Source of the DNA: Eledone cirrhosa
Lineage: Eukaryota
NCBI GenBank assembly: GCA_964016885.1
Contig: OZ024754.1
Location: 39,804,001 to 39,868,000 of the forward strand
Length of the DNA: 64,000 bases
Reading direction: 5' to 3'
Shown: piece by piece, positions 34,850 through 47,248 of the stretch
Layout: each line of letters begins with the position of its first letter
Position numbering within the stretch: the stretch's first letter is position 1
Position numbers and translations under genes: made by a program
Notes under the pieces: model-generated
What the model was told of the DNA's origin: nothing
Database searches by the model: none
What the model saw: the letters and a program-made list of their open reading frames with translations, nothing else

Positions 34850-37800
34850 GTAACAAATTACGTTTTTCCTATTTTAACCGAATAATTCGCTACTTTTTTC
34901 TCTTTACAACAATTTACTCCAGAAAAAAATACTAGAATAACATTTAATTTACATTTATCAACTTTCGATCGGTAGCTAAACACAAGTTTTGTAGACTGCA
35001 TGAAAAGTTGTCAGCTGTCTAAAATTAAAATATCAAATTAACAAAACGGAAGTTTTTTTCCTGGTTTTTATTTCTTCCTTTCTTTCATTATCTTCTTTTA
35101 ATTAATTAGATTAACTTTAGTTTACATTTTTCGTTTACTAGTTTCTTGATTTCTTACATCAAACTATTTAAATAATCGTATTTCTAATCATGTTTACTTA
35201 TTCAATTGAAACATTTAAGAAACTCAATCCGCGACTTTTCTTTCGAAATATTCCATAATCTTTCTCTGTTTCGTGTTGCATTATAAAGACTTGGGCTCCA
35301 ATCCAATTGTCTTTATTCAACAGTTTATACATTTAGTTAGAAGCTATCGTGTTGTGTGTAAGTGTGTTTTATACCCAAACATTTGTATAAAACATCGGTC
35401 TTGTCTCAGATTTCACTAATGAGAGATTTGAGCTTGGAATATCAATCTAACGAACCACTCTAAATTTAAAATGCTTCTACTGCCCATAGGTAACTGTGTA
35501 TATTTTCCAAGAACATATTTTCAGCTCTTTGGGATGTGACAGTATTGTTAAATGTCTTGACTAGGGACCCCAATGTTATTGTTATCAGAATACAAACTCT
35601 ATCTCATCTTGTAGTAAATCTTCGTTAGTCTCGACTAACTGCAACTTCGTTCTATAATCACATCACTTCAACCCCTCCAATTGATTTGATTTTCTCCTAG
35701 ATTATACAATCATCAAACATTATCCTGTTCAAACTTGACCCATACCGCTCTTAACAGATTTTTAAATCTTTTGGATATTTTTTTAAAGAAATCCACAGCG
35801 AAAACTTATCTTTCTTAGACCTGCCAAATGTCAAAGTAGAATTTGTAACACCAATGACGCAGTTATATTCACCATTCAACTAATATCGTTTCTTATACTC
35901 TCATGTCTGCTACAAAGTAGAATCGAAACTGTTTTCTCCTTTTCTTAAAAGCCATTATCTGTCTTTGTCTATTGTTGTTTATCACAAGTCACACTTTTTT
36001 CCATCTGCCATGTTACTGAAAAGCAACTAAATTTTCTCCAGCAATGAAATTCGCTTTATCTCACATATACACATATTGTATACAAACAATTCGCTTTTTC
36101 GTACACATATACACACATTGTATACATAAATATTTCGCTTTATCGCATATATATATACAATCATTGTATACACAATGTCTGTATATATGTGCGATATACA
36201 CAAACATTTCGCTTTCTACATACGTACATTGTACACAAACATTTGCATCACATTAATATAGATTCTTTCAATGCAATAAACATCGAAGTTTTGTAATATT
36301 TGTGGCATTGATACAAAATCAATATAATATATTTAAAGATAGATATATTATTAATCAACCAAACCAACTTTGTCCAATTTCTCCCACTTTCACCGAATAC
36401 CATTTCTAGATCAACATATGTAAAAGATACTGTAGTATATATACAAATTGTTGTACCTTCTTTCCAGATAAGCTCTCATTCAACAGTTATTCTTAGATAT
36501 TCCAACTGTGACTATATTGTCTTTTTCAAATATGTTTATACCTGGGACTACATTATTCCGAAGATGGTATGGAAATTTGACTTGTTGTCGTATGACAATA
36601 TGTACAATAGCTAGCGAGACGAGTCGAGACCGACGAGCTAGATCAAGCTGTCGTTTGCAGTATTATAGATTGCATCCAGGCCGCCGGGAAAACGTCTCAG
36701 GGGGGCAATCCCGAGCAATATGCAGTGCTGTTTGATCAGGGTCTCTACAGTCACACATTGGGTTGTCTTCCGTCGATGGAGATGATTGTCTGTCCTGGCA
36801 TGTGTTGTGCGAATCCGATTAAGGGACACCAATTGCTTTCTAGGAAAGTGAAAGCCGATTGGTTTGGTTTAGATGTGGGGGTCCTGGTTGGTAAATTTGG
36901 ACTCATTCCATGATTTCCACAACACTTCCTTAATTCTATCAGGCCATAACCCTTTATATAAAAGATATCTGGCCATACCTTTTATATCTTAGTTAGGTGT
37001 CTTTCTCCAACTACTTTATACATTTCACGAAAAAAAAAAGATATTTGTCACTTTTGAACATATTTCAAGACTATCAAGCATTTTAGTAGGTAAATATATT
37101 TTGTGTATTAGACTGTAAGCAGACATTGAGTTATGTAATATTTTGTGTATAAGACATTGATGGGTTATGTAATATTTTATAAGATAGTGAGTTATGTAAT
37201 GTTTTGTGTATAAGACATTGATGGGTTATGTAATATTTTATAAGATATTGAGTTATGTAATGTTTTGTGTATAAGACATTGATGGGTTATGTAATATTTT
37301 ATAAGATATTGAGTTATGTAATGTTTTGTGTATAAGACATTGATGGGTTATGTAATATTTTGTGTATAAGACATTGCGTTATGTAATATTTTGTGTATAG
37401 TACATTGAGTTGTGTAATATTTTATAAGATATTGAGTTATGTAATGTTTTGTGTATTAGACTGTGAGCAGACATTGATGAGTTATGAAAAGTTGGACAGA
37501 TCATCACCTGATTTATGGCCAGAACAAAGTAAGTGTACTCCTGTGTCTGTAAAGTAATGGACCCATATTTCAACTATTGAGGGATTGAGATGCAAAAGGG
37601 ATTTTATTAAGAATATATATAACATGTTATTTGTATTATGTTGTTTTGTCCTTAAAAAAAAAGGTCAGTTTCTAATATTCTTTAGGCATAGTGTAGTGTA
37701 TCCAAAGCTACATTATCCAGTGTATCATTTAAAACAGTAGGGTATAATATGAAGGAGCTTTTGCTACCATTTCTAGGATGTCAAGTAACTACGTAGAGGC

Positions 37801-40800
37801 TCCCTCACTGGTTCATAGTTAGTGTTAGAAGTTTGAAGAAAGTAGAATTAGTGATGACTCATTAATTTTAATGAAAATATAATGAAGAGTATATTGAATC
37901 AGGCTGGTTATTATATACAAAATAATGTAGAATGTAAAGAAACTTGTGCTATTAGGTAATGAATTTTCAGTATACTGAAGAAAATTTTAATGTTTGAAAG
38001 TTGAACTACATTTCATTAATTTGCATCTAAAATATTATTACTTTATTTTTTTAATCTTTAGTACCCGGTGTTTCAGAGTTTGCTGCCAACCAAAGTGTAA
38101 GTATGTCCTGCATTTAACTTTTGAAAATCTACAATGTTCCTTCTTTTCATTTTTTTACGAGACTGTAAATAGCTCAGGTTCCTTATTTTGGTATACTGTT
38201 TTATAATGGATAAAATAGGTGTAAGCATGGCTGTGAGGTTAAGATGTTCACTTCAAAACCACATGGTTTTGGGTTTTATCCCACAATGTTACACTTTGTG
38301 CATAGGCTGACCAATATCTTATGAGTGAAATTGGTAAACAGAAACTGTATGAAACCCCATTGTATATCTTTATGAGAAAACACGTGTCAAGTGACCACCA
38401 CGTTGTGCTACCGTTGACAGAGAAATGGTAATTTGATACCTTCCTACCTCCTTCTCTGTCTCACAAGATGTTCAGTAGTCATGCAGCAGCTATATACACA
38501 CACACACATTCATGTATACATCGCTATTTCAGAGCACCAATCCTAATTTTTAATTTTTGCTGGACCGGCAATCGCTCTGTATAATCAGTTCCTGATTATT
38601 ACTTGAATTCTATAAGAATCCAGCCTCTATAATTTTCGGCAAAGACGAGGATCGTTAACAGCGTGAAACAGAATCTGTCAGCTTCTCTCCCTTCTTTTGC
38701 TGAAAAAAGAAGTGACATAGTCACTATTTTTAAATTGATAGCACAAGGTCTTCAACATGTTTTTAACTAAACATACGGTATATTGCCAAATATACTATAC
38801 ATACATTCATGTATACATTGCTATTTCAGAGCACCAATCCTATATATATATGATAATGACAGTTGTTAAGAGATGTTTTGCTAAGATTACTCAGAATTCC
38901 ACGCCCTATTTTGAAAGACAAATTTTTTTTTTCTCTATATTAATAGCCATAATAACTTAAAAAGTATTATTCCTACTCTGATTATTAATGGACTTGCTAT
39001 ATATTCCAGCCTTTCTCCAGTGCCAATTTCTCTAAAGAAATAGATGATCAAGATGATATTGAACTACTTCAAGGTACATACTCTTTTTACCTTCTTTCTG
39101 TTCAGTAAAGTATTACTGTTCATAAGATACTTGGCTAACAATTAATATGCTGTTTCTTGTGCTTTGCATTTTAATTTGTTTAGGAAATGATTAATTCGTT
39201 TCACCTTTCCACTACCAAACCAACTCAAAGTGTCCCTGGTTCTATGATACAAAGCTGTTCATTTTAACCTCTTCAGTGCCATAGACAAAATAACTCGTAC
39301 TAACATGTTTGAACTCTTTTCCAACAGTTCATAACTTCAAAGTTATCAAGTCGTTTCCGACAGTTCATAACTTCAAAGCTAGATGGGGTTACTAGTTATT
39401 GATGTGATGTTTGTCAATCATTTAGATATGTGTTCTTAATAAAAATGATTATTTTTCAAAATAGTCATTTTACTGAAAAAAGACCCCAGCACAGCAACTG
39501 TAGCTGTGTAAAATATACACAGCAGTCAACAGGTTAAAGTGTTTATATTTATCTATAAACCTTCCGTCATAATGTTATGTAAGAACATGTTATGTTCCAA
39601 ATACCAATTTAATGAGAAAGTTATATTACTAAATCTCTTGAAATTCTTGATTATTTTCAAATCATCACCAATGTCTATCGTTAGAAATATAGCAATGAAG
39701 CATTAATGGAGATCTGTCAAATTGAAAGAAATGTGATTTTCACATTGTGTTTTCTTAATTAATCACCATATGTCATCTGTCATAGCTACTGTTTAACAGA
39801 TGTCACAGCTAACATATATATGTTGTCTACTGTTTAACAGATGACATCTGTCAACACATATAGTATCTACTGTTTAACAAGATACTTGTATTGGCCTCTG
39901 ACAAACAAACTATCAAAATGACCAGCAAGCACTGATGTTGGCAAAAAAAATTTTATTTGTATTTTACAAAATATTTTATTTAAAAATAGTGTACAGCTTA
40001 TATAAGAGAAATAGCTAATTTAACCTTTTCATCACCATATTTCTAATGAAAGACGCTACCTATTCATTTCAAATCATTTTGAAAATAAAAAATTTCAAAG
40101 GATTTAGTAATATTTTAAATGGACGTTTTTTTTAATTCAGTGAATTGGTAAAGTAATTAGTGACAGATATTTAAACTGGCTGTCTACTCGCTCAGTTCAA
40201 ACTTCTTCATTATTAAGCTGGTGTTTGGAACATAACTTAACAAAGGGTTTCACATAAAATTACAAAGGAAGATTTTTAGATAAATTTAAAGACTTGTGAA
40301 GTTGTGTGGCTTAGTGTTTAGAACATTGGATTCACAATTGCGAGGTTGTGAGGTCGATTTCTGGGCCAGGCGGTGTGATGTATCCACGAGAAAGACTTTA
40401 TTTCACATTGCTCCTGTTCATTTGGCTGCAGAAATGAGTGGCAACATCAGTGGTGCCAAGCTGTATCGGCCTTTGCCTTTTCCTTGGACAACATCAGTGG
40501 CATGGAGTGGGGAGACTGGTATGCACGGGGAACTGCTGTATTTCCACAAAAACACCTTGCCTGGACTTGTGCTTTGGAGAGGAACTTTCTAGGTGCAAAA
40601 CCCATGGTCATTTGTCCTTGAAGAGGGACTTTACTGCTTTAACCACTTGAAAATGAACAGTATTGTATTGAAGAACCAGAGGCAATCTCAGGTGGTTTGA
40701 TATCAAAAGGGTTAGAATCTTGAAATTTTTATTTTTCTCGTGTTAGAGTTTGGTAGCCTGACTACACCTCAGCTGATGGAAAAAGTGCGGGGTCTTCAAA

Positions 40801-41277
40801 ATCTAGCTTTCAAATTGGGACTTGATGAAGGTAAGAGACCTTATTTTAATGGGATCACTGGTGTTGTTGGTGCTGATAGCATTTTGAATGGGATTATTGG
40901 TGTCTGTTGACATTTTAATGGGATCACTGGTGCTTGTGCTGGTGGTGTTTTTAATGGGATTATTGGAGTTTGTACTGATGGAGTTATTGGTGATTGTGTT
41001 GAAGACATTTTAATGGGATCAGTGGTGTTTGTGTTGACATTTTAATGGAGTTATTGGTGATTGTGTCGACATTTTAATGGGATCAGTGGTGTTTGTGCTG
41101 GTGACATTTTTCTATATTGAGTTATAATTTTTGTATTTTCACTGACAAAAACATTTACAGCATTGACCATCGTATTTATTTTGTGAAATATTTAAACTTT
41201 TCCTTTTCTCTTTTTCAGCTCGGGAAATGACTCGAGGAAAATTTTTAAACATTCTTCAAAAACAGAAAAGATTTTGA
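34810..41277 (+). CDS. LIN52: LIN52, MuvB/DREAM complex subunit, complete, 6 exons, 116 aa
   Basis: Exons 34810-34849, 37460-37528, 38062-38096, 39010-39073, 40747-40830, 41219-41277 (351 nt). Protein: MASPSAGNSDLDADCEQTLMSYEKLDRSSPDLWPEQIPGVSEFAANQSPFSSANFSKEIDDQDDIELLQEFGSLTTPQLMEKVRGLQNLAFKLGLDEAREMTRGKFLNILQKQKRF*. It matches LIN52 including LxSxExL, RxSP and REMTRGKFLNIL. Not recovered by the ORF track. Confidence 0.96.
36600..36930 (-). mobile_element. I/Ingi-group LINE C-terminal fragment in LIN52 intron 1
   Basis: SLNRIRTTHART plus frameshifted CDCRDPDQTALHIARDCP (CCHC knuckle) LRRFPGGL. Confidence 0.6.
37095..37486. repeat. ~28-33-bp tandem repeat overlapping the LIN52 exon 2 acceptor
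   Basis: GTTATGTAATATTTTGTGTATAAGACATTGA(TGG) units. Confidence 0.88.
37460..37528 (+). CDS. LIN52: LIN52 exon 2
   Basis: CEQTLMSYEKLDRSSPDLWPEQ; donor gtaagt. Confidence 0.92.
38062..38096 (+). CDS. LIN52: LIN52 exon 3
   Basis: PGVSEFAANQS. Confidence 0.9.
39010..39073 (+). CDS. LIN52: LIN52 exon 4
   Basis: PFSSANFSKEIDDQDDIELLQ. Confidence 0.87.
40747..40830 (+). CDS. LIN52: LIN52 exon 5
   Basis: FGSLTTPQLMEKVRGLQNLAFKLGLDE. Confidence 0.95.
41219..41277 (+). CDS. LIN52: LIN52 exon 6
   Basis: REMTRGKFLNILQKQKRF*. Confidence 0.95.
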
Positions 41278-41354
41278 TTGGCTTCAAAATAATGGAATTG
41301 CTTGCTGCCAATTTTTCATCATCATCATCAGTTACAGACTGAACCATTCTTCAC

Positions 41355-41570
41355 TGTTTTACCAAACTGGATTGGCAAGTCAGACTTGTTCTACCTGTGG
41401 TTTTACCAAACTGGGTTGACAAGTTAGACCTGTTCTGCCTGCGGTTTTACCAAACTGGGTTGACAAGTCAGATTTGCTCTGCCTGTGGTGTTACCAACTG
41501 GGTTGACAATTCAAGCATGTTCTGAAAATGGTTTAACCAATCTAGGTTGGCATGTATGTCTTGTTCTGGC
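41355..41570. repeat. 44-bp degenerate repeat in the presumed LIN52 3' UTR
   Basis: GTTTTACCAAACTGGGTTGACAAGTCAGAC..., ~5 copies. Confidence 0.8.
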
Positions 41571-41924
41571 TGTATTCATATTGGATATTCAGTTTGCTAT
41601 CTTGGTGAAAGATATTTCTATTGGATTGGAATATTCCAGAAGGAAATAGCAGTATTTATTTAGTCTTCCTTAGGACAATATACTCCTTCTGAAAAAAAAA
41701 AAAAAAAAAAAAACATTGTATTTCTTTTTACCCTATGGCTGCACTAAAACTGGATCAGAAAACTCTATTGTTTGCCAATGGTGCAGTTATTTTCTGCTCA
41801 TTTCTTTTGTCAGTTTAGAATACTAAAAACAATCAGGGTTTCTGCTGAAGGAAAGTTAATACTTACACTCCATTGTCAGATAATGTTTGTTGCAGTGGAG
41901 CTAATATAATCAAAGTGACTGTTA

Positions 41925-42320
41925 ATTAAGACATGTTCATTGGAGCTGATATAATTAGATTTACTGTTAAGACGTGTTCATTGGAGCTGATATAATTAGA
42001 TTTACTGTTAAGACGTGTTCATTGGAGCTGATATAATTAGATTTACTGTTAAGACATGTTCATTGGAGCTGATATAATTGGATTTACTGTTAAGACATGT
42101 TCATTGGAGCTGATATAATTAGATTTACTGTTAAGACATGTTCATTGGAGCTGATATAATTAGATTTACTGTTAAGACATGTTCATTGGAGCTGATATAA
42201 TTAGACTTACTGTTAAGACATGTTCATTGGAGCTGATATAATTAGACACAATATCAGATAAGTCTTGTTACAGTGGAGCTGATATAATTAGACACAATAT
42301 CAGATAAGTCTTGTTACAAT
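41925..42320. repeat. 41-bp minisatellite, ~8 copies
   Basis: TTAAGACATGTTCATTGGAGCTGATATAATTAGATTTACTG. Confidence 0.92.
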
Positions 42321-42722
42321 TTTTACCATTGTAAGAAATTTTATTACCTGATTTGGATATATTTATGGAAAACTAATTTTTGATATAAAATAGATATAAA
42401 ATGTTTTGTATTCCAGTTTTTATTTGTGAAGAAGTTAAAATTTTATTTTATCTCCGAGTTTTGCACTATCGAGTAACATTATTCGAAAGCCTTTTCGGGA
42501 TCTACAGACCCTTCGCTCCTATACAGGAAACTGACTGGCCAGTCTGCTAATATGTAAATCTGACTGATCAGCCAGTCTGCTGATATGCAAATATGGCTGA
42601 TCAGTGGATCTGTTAATATGTAAATCTGACTGATCAGCCAGTCTGCTGATATGCAAATCAGGCCGATCAGTCACTGTATATTTTAGGTAATATCATATAT
42701 TTTCACTAGCTCTGGCAGGTGA

Positions 42723-42780
42723 ACAGTGAACTGTACTGATGAAGGGTAATACCCAGAAACATTAGTGTCTGCAATTCTGT
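42723..42780 (+). ncRNA. Type I hammerhead ribozyme motif (Penelope-like element associated)
   Basis: Stem I GAACUGUA / core CUGAUGA / A-GGGU-AAU-ACCC-A stem II / GAAAC-AUUAGU-GUC stem III plus cleavage triplet / UGCAAUUC closing stem I. Confidence 0.65.
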
Positions 42781-42948
42781 TTACATGCCAACACAAGAGC
42801 AAGAATGAGGGGCTCATTCTACTGACATGGCTTTAAAAGTGAGGCTGTTTGCATAATTGCAAACGAATCGAATATTATTATTAATATTTAAAAAACTCAG
42901 ATTACATTTATTGTATTCAGCCATGTAGAGCAAAATCTTTTTTTTGGT

Positions 42949-42984
<36 letters not shown>

Positions 42985-43419
42985 CACATACACACACATA
43001 CTTATATATATATATACATACACACACACATACATATATAAATATATATTTATACACACACACAGACAAGGACATTCACTGATAAAGCATACTTGACATA
43101 ACAGTGATTGATTACAAGACTTTATTTTAACCCTTTAATGTTCAAACCGGCCAGAATTCTCTACCTTTTTCTGTTGAAACTGGCTGTAATTAGTTGCTCA
43201 AACTGATGTTAAGGTATTGTTCTCAAAATAAATACTTTCAAAATCTCATAGATTCGAGATTGTGTGAGGTAAAGCCTTTACCATGAAAATACAATAGTAT
43301 ATATAGAGTAATGTGAATGCTAAAGGGTTAAACTAATTTGCACAATTTTATCTTCATTTCGTTTACCTACTTTTGAAAGTCAACGTTCTCCTTTTGTCAT
43401 ATCTCTCTCATCTTTATGT

Positions 43420-43662
43420 ATTTATTGTGTCTATATATGTGATTTATTGTGTCTATATATATGATTTATTGTGTCTATATATATGATTTATTGTGTCTAT
43501 ATATGTGATTTATTGTGTCTATATATGTGATTTATTGTGTCTATATATATGATTTATTGTGTCTATATATGTGATTTATTGTGTCTATATATGTGATTTA
43601 TTGTGTCTATATATGTGATTTATTGTGTCTATATATGTGATTTATTGTGTCTATATATGATT
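43420..43662. repeat. 22-bp minisatellite
   Basis: GATTTATTGTGTCTATATATGT. Confidence 0.92.
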
Positions 43663-44304
43663 TTATGTGTGTGAGGCAGTTATATTGGCTGAGTTGTTAG
43701 TGTTTATTTGTTCCTAGTTTCTGACTTCAAATCCCATCGAAGTCCATTTTGCCTTTCATACTTTCTAGGGTCGATAAAGAAAGTACCAGTAGCAGTCCAG
43801 TGCTACCAGTTGTCACACCCTAGAATGAAGGGAGGGGAAGACCATGAGGCAGTCCAGTGCTGGTACATCCCTCTCATTTACCAGTTGTCACACCCTAGAA
43901 TGAAGGGAGGTGAGGACCAAGAGGATATCTGTGTATGCTCACGACTGCGTGTGCACCTAAAATCTTTAGCAAAAGCATGGTAGATACTACCAAGTCACAC
44001 TCAATTGTTAGTGATGGTTGTAGTAGTTAACAGTTTAATATTTGTGTGTGTGTATATATATATATATATCAATAATATTATTGATATTATACTCCAGAAG
44101 AAAAAGTTGTTGAGTGCTTCTAATCTGTTATAAACTAAATTTGTTAAATAATCAACAAATTAAATAACTCATTGCTTATATATATATATATCAAGATCTC
44201 AGACTTCATTCGCTTAACAAGTGGGGTGAAGCTTGTCAAATCGGACCGAGGAAACAATGTTTCCATTGGTCTGTTCGATTGCTGTATGTTTATATATATA
44301 TATG

Positions 44305-44563
44305 TATTTCCTTGAGCAAGACACTTTATTTCACATTGCTCCAGTTTACTCAGCTGTAGAAATAAGATGATAGGGACTGGGGTTCCTATCATTCCACTGC
44401 AAAGTGGTCGTGGAGGTGCCACGGCAAAAAAGCACCCACACTCACTGTAAATGAGGTTGGTGTTAGGAAGGGCATCCAGCTGTAGAAATCAAGCCAGAAT
44501 CAGTTTCCGTCCCACCCTTGCAAGCAGGGAAAAGCGGACGTAAAATGAAATGATGATGATGAT
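44305..44563 (+). mobile_element. SINE copy (5'-truncated), same family as 9532-9853
   Basis: Near-identical reverse complement of about 9532-9790. Confidence 0.8.
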
Positions 44564-45529
44564 GTATGTTTATTAGGGTGTTTTGTATTTATTGGTCAAT
44601 TTTTTTTTGTTGGAAATTATCTCATGTCGATTGCACCCTGAATCCATTTCACATAAAAGCTCCCCAGGCAAAAATACAAGAAGAGATACAATATATTTAG
44701 GGGTTACAAGGTTTGGTGTCTTTTGAATGCTTTGCTATTGCAGCCAGGTTGCAGTTTTTGTCTGGGTACATGTAGCTACTGACACATTATCCTTATTTTC
44801 ATAGCTAATGTTACCCTTGTAGCAATTTATGATTATACTTTGGTGTGGGTCTGACATGTATTACCTGAAGGACTATGTAGGATTACTAGGTCAACTCCTA
44901 CTTCGTCCAATGCTTTTAGTATTTCAGTAACTCTCTCTGAAGGTCATGCAGCTTTATCATTCTTTATCTCTTTCATTAATTCTATATGTTAAGACATCAA
45001 GGTGATGGGACCTTACTCCTTTTCAACATCTTATCAGGTATGCAAGCTTATGAAAACAACTAATATGTAAATGAAGTTTGTAAAATAGGCTGCAACACTG
45101 ACTTTAACTCTCTCTCTCTCTCTCTCTCTCTGTGCAATGAGTTACCGCAGTCTCCTTCTGCTTGACATGTATATAAAACCAGATGTATACTACTTTTGAA
45201 GCAAATACTGACATATGTCCTATATACAGTGATGAGAGTAAGTTCTATTACTGTCCTGTTTAGATTGTTCTGATTCTTCATTTAACAATATCTGTATTGA
45301 AGTAGTGAGAGGAAATATAGATAGATTATATATACATACATATATAGATAGATTATACATACATATATAGATAGATTATATATACATACATATGATGACA
45401 TATAGACTTATTAAAAAGAAATAGAAATACAGAATTGGATCCTACGAGGAAAGTTATATTACATGTAAGTATGAATATTAACCACTTCTTCGATTTTATC
45501 CCTACACACACACACATACGCATACACAT

Positions 45530-45755
45530 TTCAAAAGCCTTAGTAAGGTCCACAAATACTTGATACAGTTCTACTTGTTGTTTAACATACTTCTCATTAA
45601 TTGTAGAGTTTTGTGGGTCATATTGAAGGAGGCTGGATGGCCTCATCCTCCTCTATGGGACACTTCCAGAATCTATTTTAGTGGAAAACAGTGTCAAAGA
45701 AGGTGACATACCAACAGCCTCTCTCTTTTCCATCTACTTTGCTGTGTTACCAACA
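45530..45755. mobile_element. RT fragment with inverted halves
   Basis: Minus strand LYQVFVDLTKAF; plus strand NSVKEGDIPTASLFSIYF (GVKQG motif). Confidence 0.55.
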
Positions 45756-45771
45756 TATATAAATAATAATG

Positions 45772-46388
45772 ATAATAATGAAATTATTGTGTACAGTGCT
45801 CAGGTGCACTACAACTCATCAAAGGATACATTGAAGCTCCGATGTCTGGCAACTGGCTTGTTTAACACCCACAAAATTATTAACCATCTTGCCAACAACA
45901 ACCCTGAGCAGCGTTTTGATTTCCATGTGTCTAACACACGTGGGCATGCCCTCAAAGTCAGAAAACAGCTCAGCTCCCATGACTTTTGGAAACATTTTTT
46001 CACGCTCAGAGTTGCTGAAGCATGGAACAAACTACCTGCATCAGTTGTTAGCTGTCGAGACACTGCATCCTTTAAAGCCTCCATGGAACAAACTACCTGC
46101 ATCAGTTGTTAGCTGTCGAGACACTACATCCTTTGAAACCTCCATGGAACAAACTACCTGCATCGGTTGTCAGCTGTCGAGACACTACAACCTTTGAAAC
46201 CTCCATGCTTCCTGAAATTCGCCAACACTACACCTGATCCCCCCCCCCCCCGTTCATACACATGCACACATATATATCATGACTCATACACTATTCACTT
46301 CCCTGACATTTGTATATTATTCTATGTATTATACATGCACCTTTGATGAGTTGTAGTGCACCTGATCACTATACAATAATTTCATTAT
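45772..46388 (+). mobile_element. CR1/L2-group LINE 3' end
   Basis: NTRGHALKV...[15 protein letters not shown] motif, with a short internal tandem triplication; other copies at about 54138-54420 (+) and 60750-61088 (-). Confidence 0.8.
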
Positions 46389-46766
46389 ACCTGATAATAA
46401 TAATAGTGTTGGTAAATTTCAGGAAGTATTGAGGTTATAACCCTTTAGCATTCACATTACTCTACCATGAAAATATAATAGTATATATAAAGGCATATTT
46501 ATCTCACATAATATTGAATCTATGAGATTTTGAAAGTATTTATTTTGAGAACAAGACCTTAATATCAGTATGACTGGCCAGTTTCAACAGAAAAAGGTAG
46601 AGAACTCTGGCCGGTTTGAACATTAAAGGGTTAAAGGATGCAGCGCTTCCTGAAATTCGCCAACACTATACTTGATATACGGCTCGGAAAAATCTCTTTC
46701 CTAGAGCTATTTTATTGTAAGACTATTTTGAGTTTCTAACTCAATATATACCTTTGATATATATAT

Positions 46767-46973
46767 ATAGGAAAAAGTATGACCCCGACGGCAGAGCTCT
46801 AGCCATTTCGACGGCTATTTCTGGACTAATCCACTAGTCCAGAAATTGCCGTCGAAATGGCTAGAGCTCTGCCTTCGGGGTCATACTTTTTCCTATTTCC
46901 CACTCTACTACTCTAAGTATTGAGTACTCTGGTGCGTTATGGTCCATCTGGTTCCTTACCACAATTCCTTTGT
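46767..46973. mobile_element. Hairpin-headed insertion in (TA)n, Penelope-like
   Basis: ~62-bp near-perfect inverted arms 46767-46896 with a 6-nt loop, plus a ~75-bp tail, flanked by TA runs; family assignment is inference. Confidence 0.5.
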
Positions 46974-47248
46974 TATATATATATATATATATATATAACC
47001 AATACTGGAATTGAATAATCAAGACCGTAACGGTATGCCATATATAAAATCATATATTTTATCTGATGAAGACGTACTGAAAAAACAACACAGTACCTTT
47101 GAAATATATATAATAAAGTATATATTTTGATTGTGAATATTTTTCATTTGTTAATATTTTGAATAATATATATATATTTGCTTTGCAAGGTTTCCGATAT
47201 GAAATTGTGTGTTGAAACAAATATTGTTATATTTGGGGAGGGTCATAT

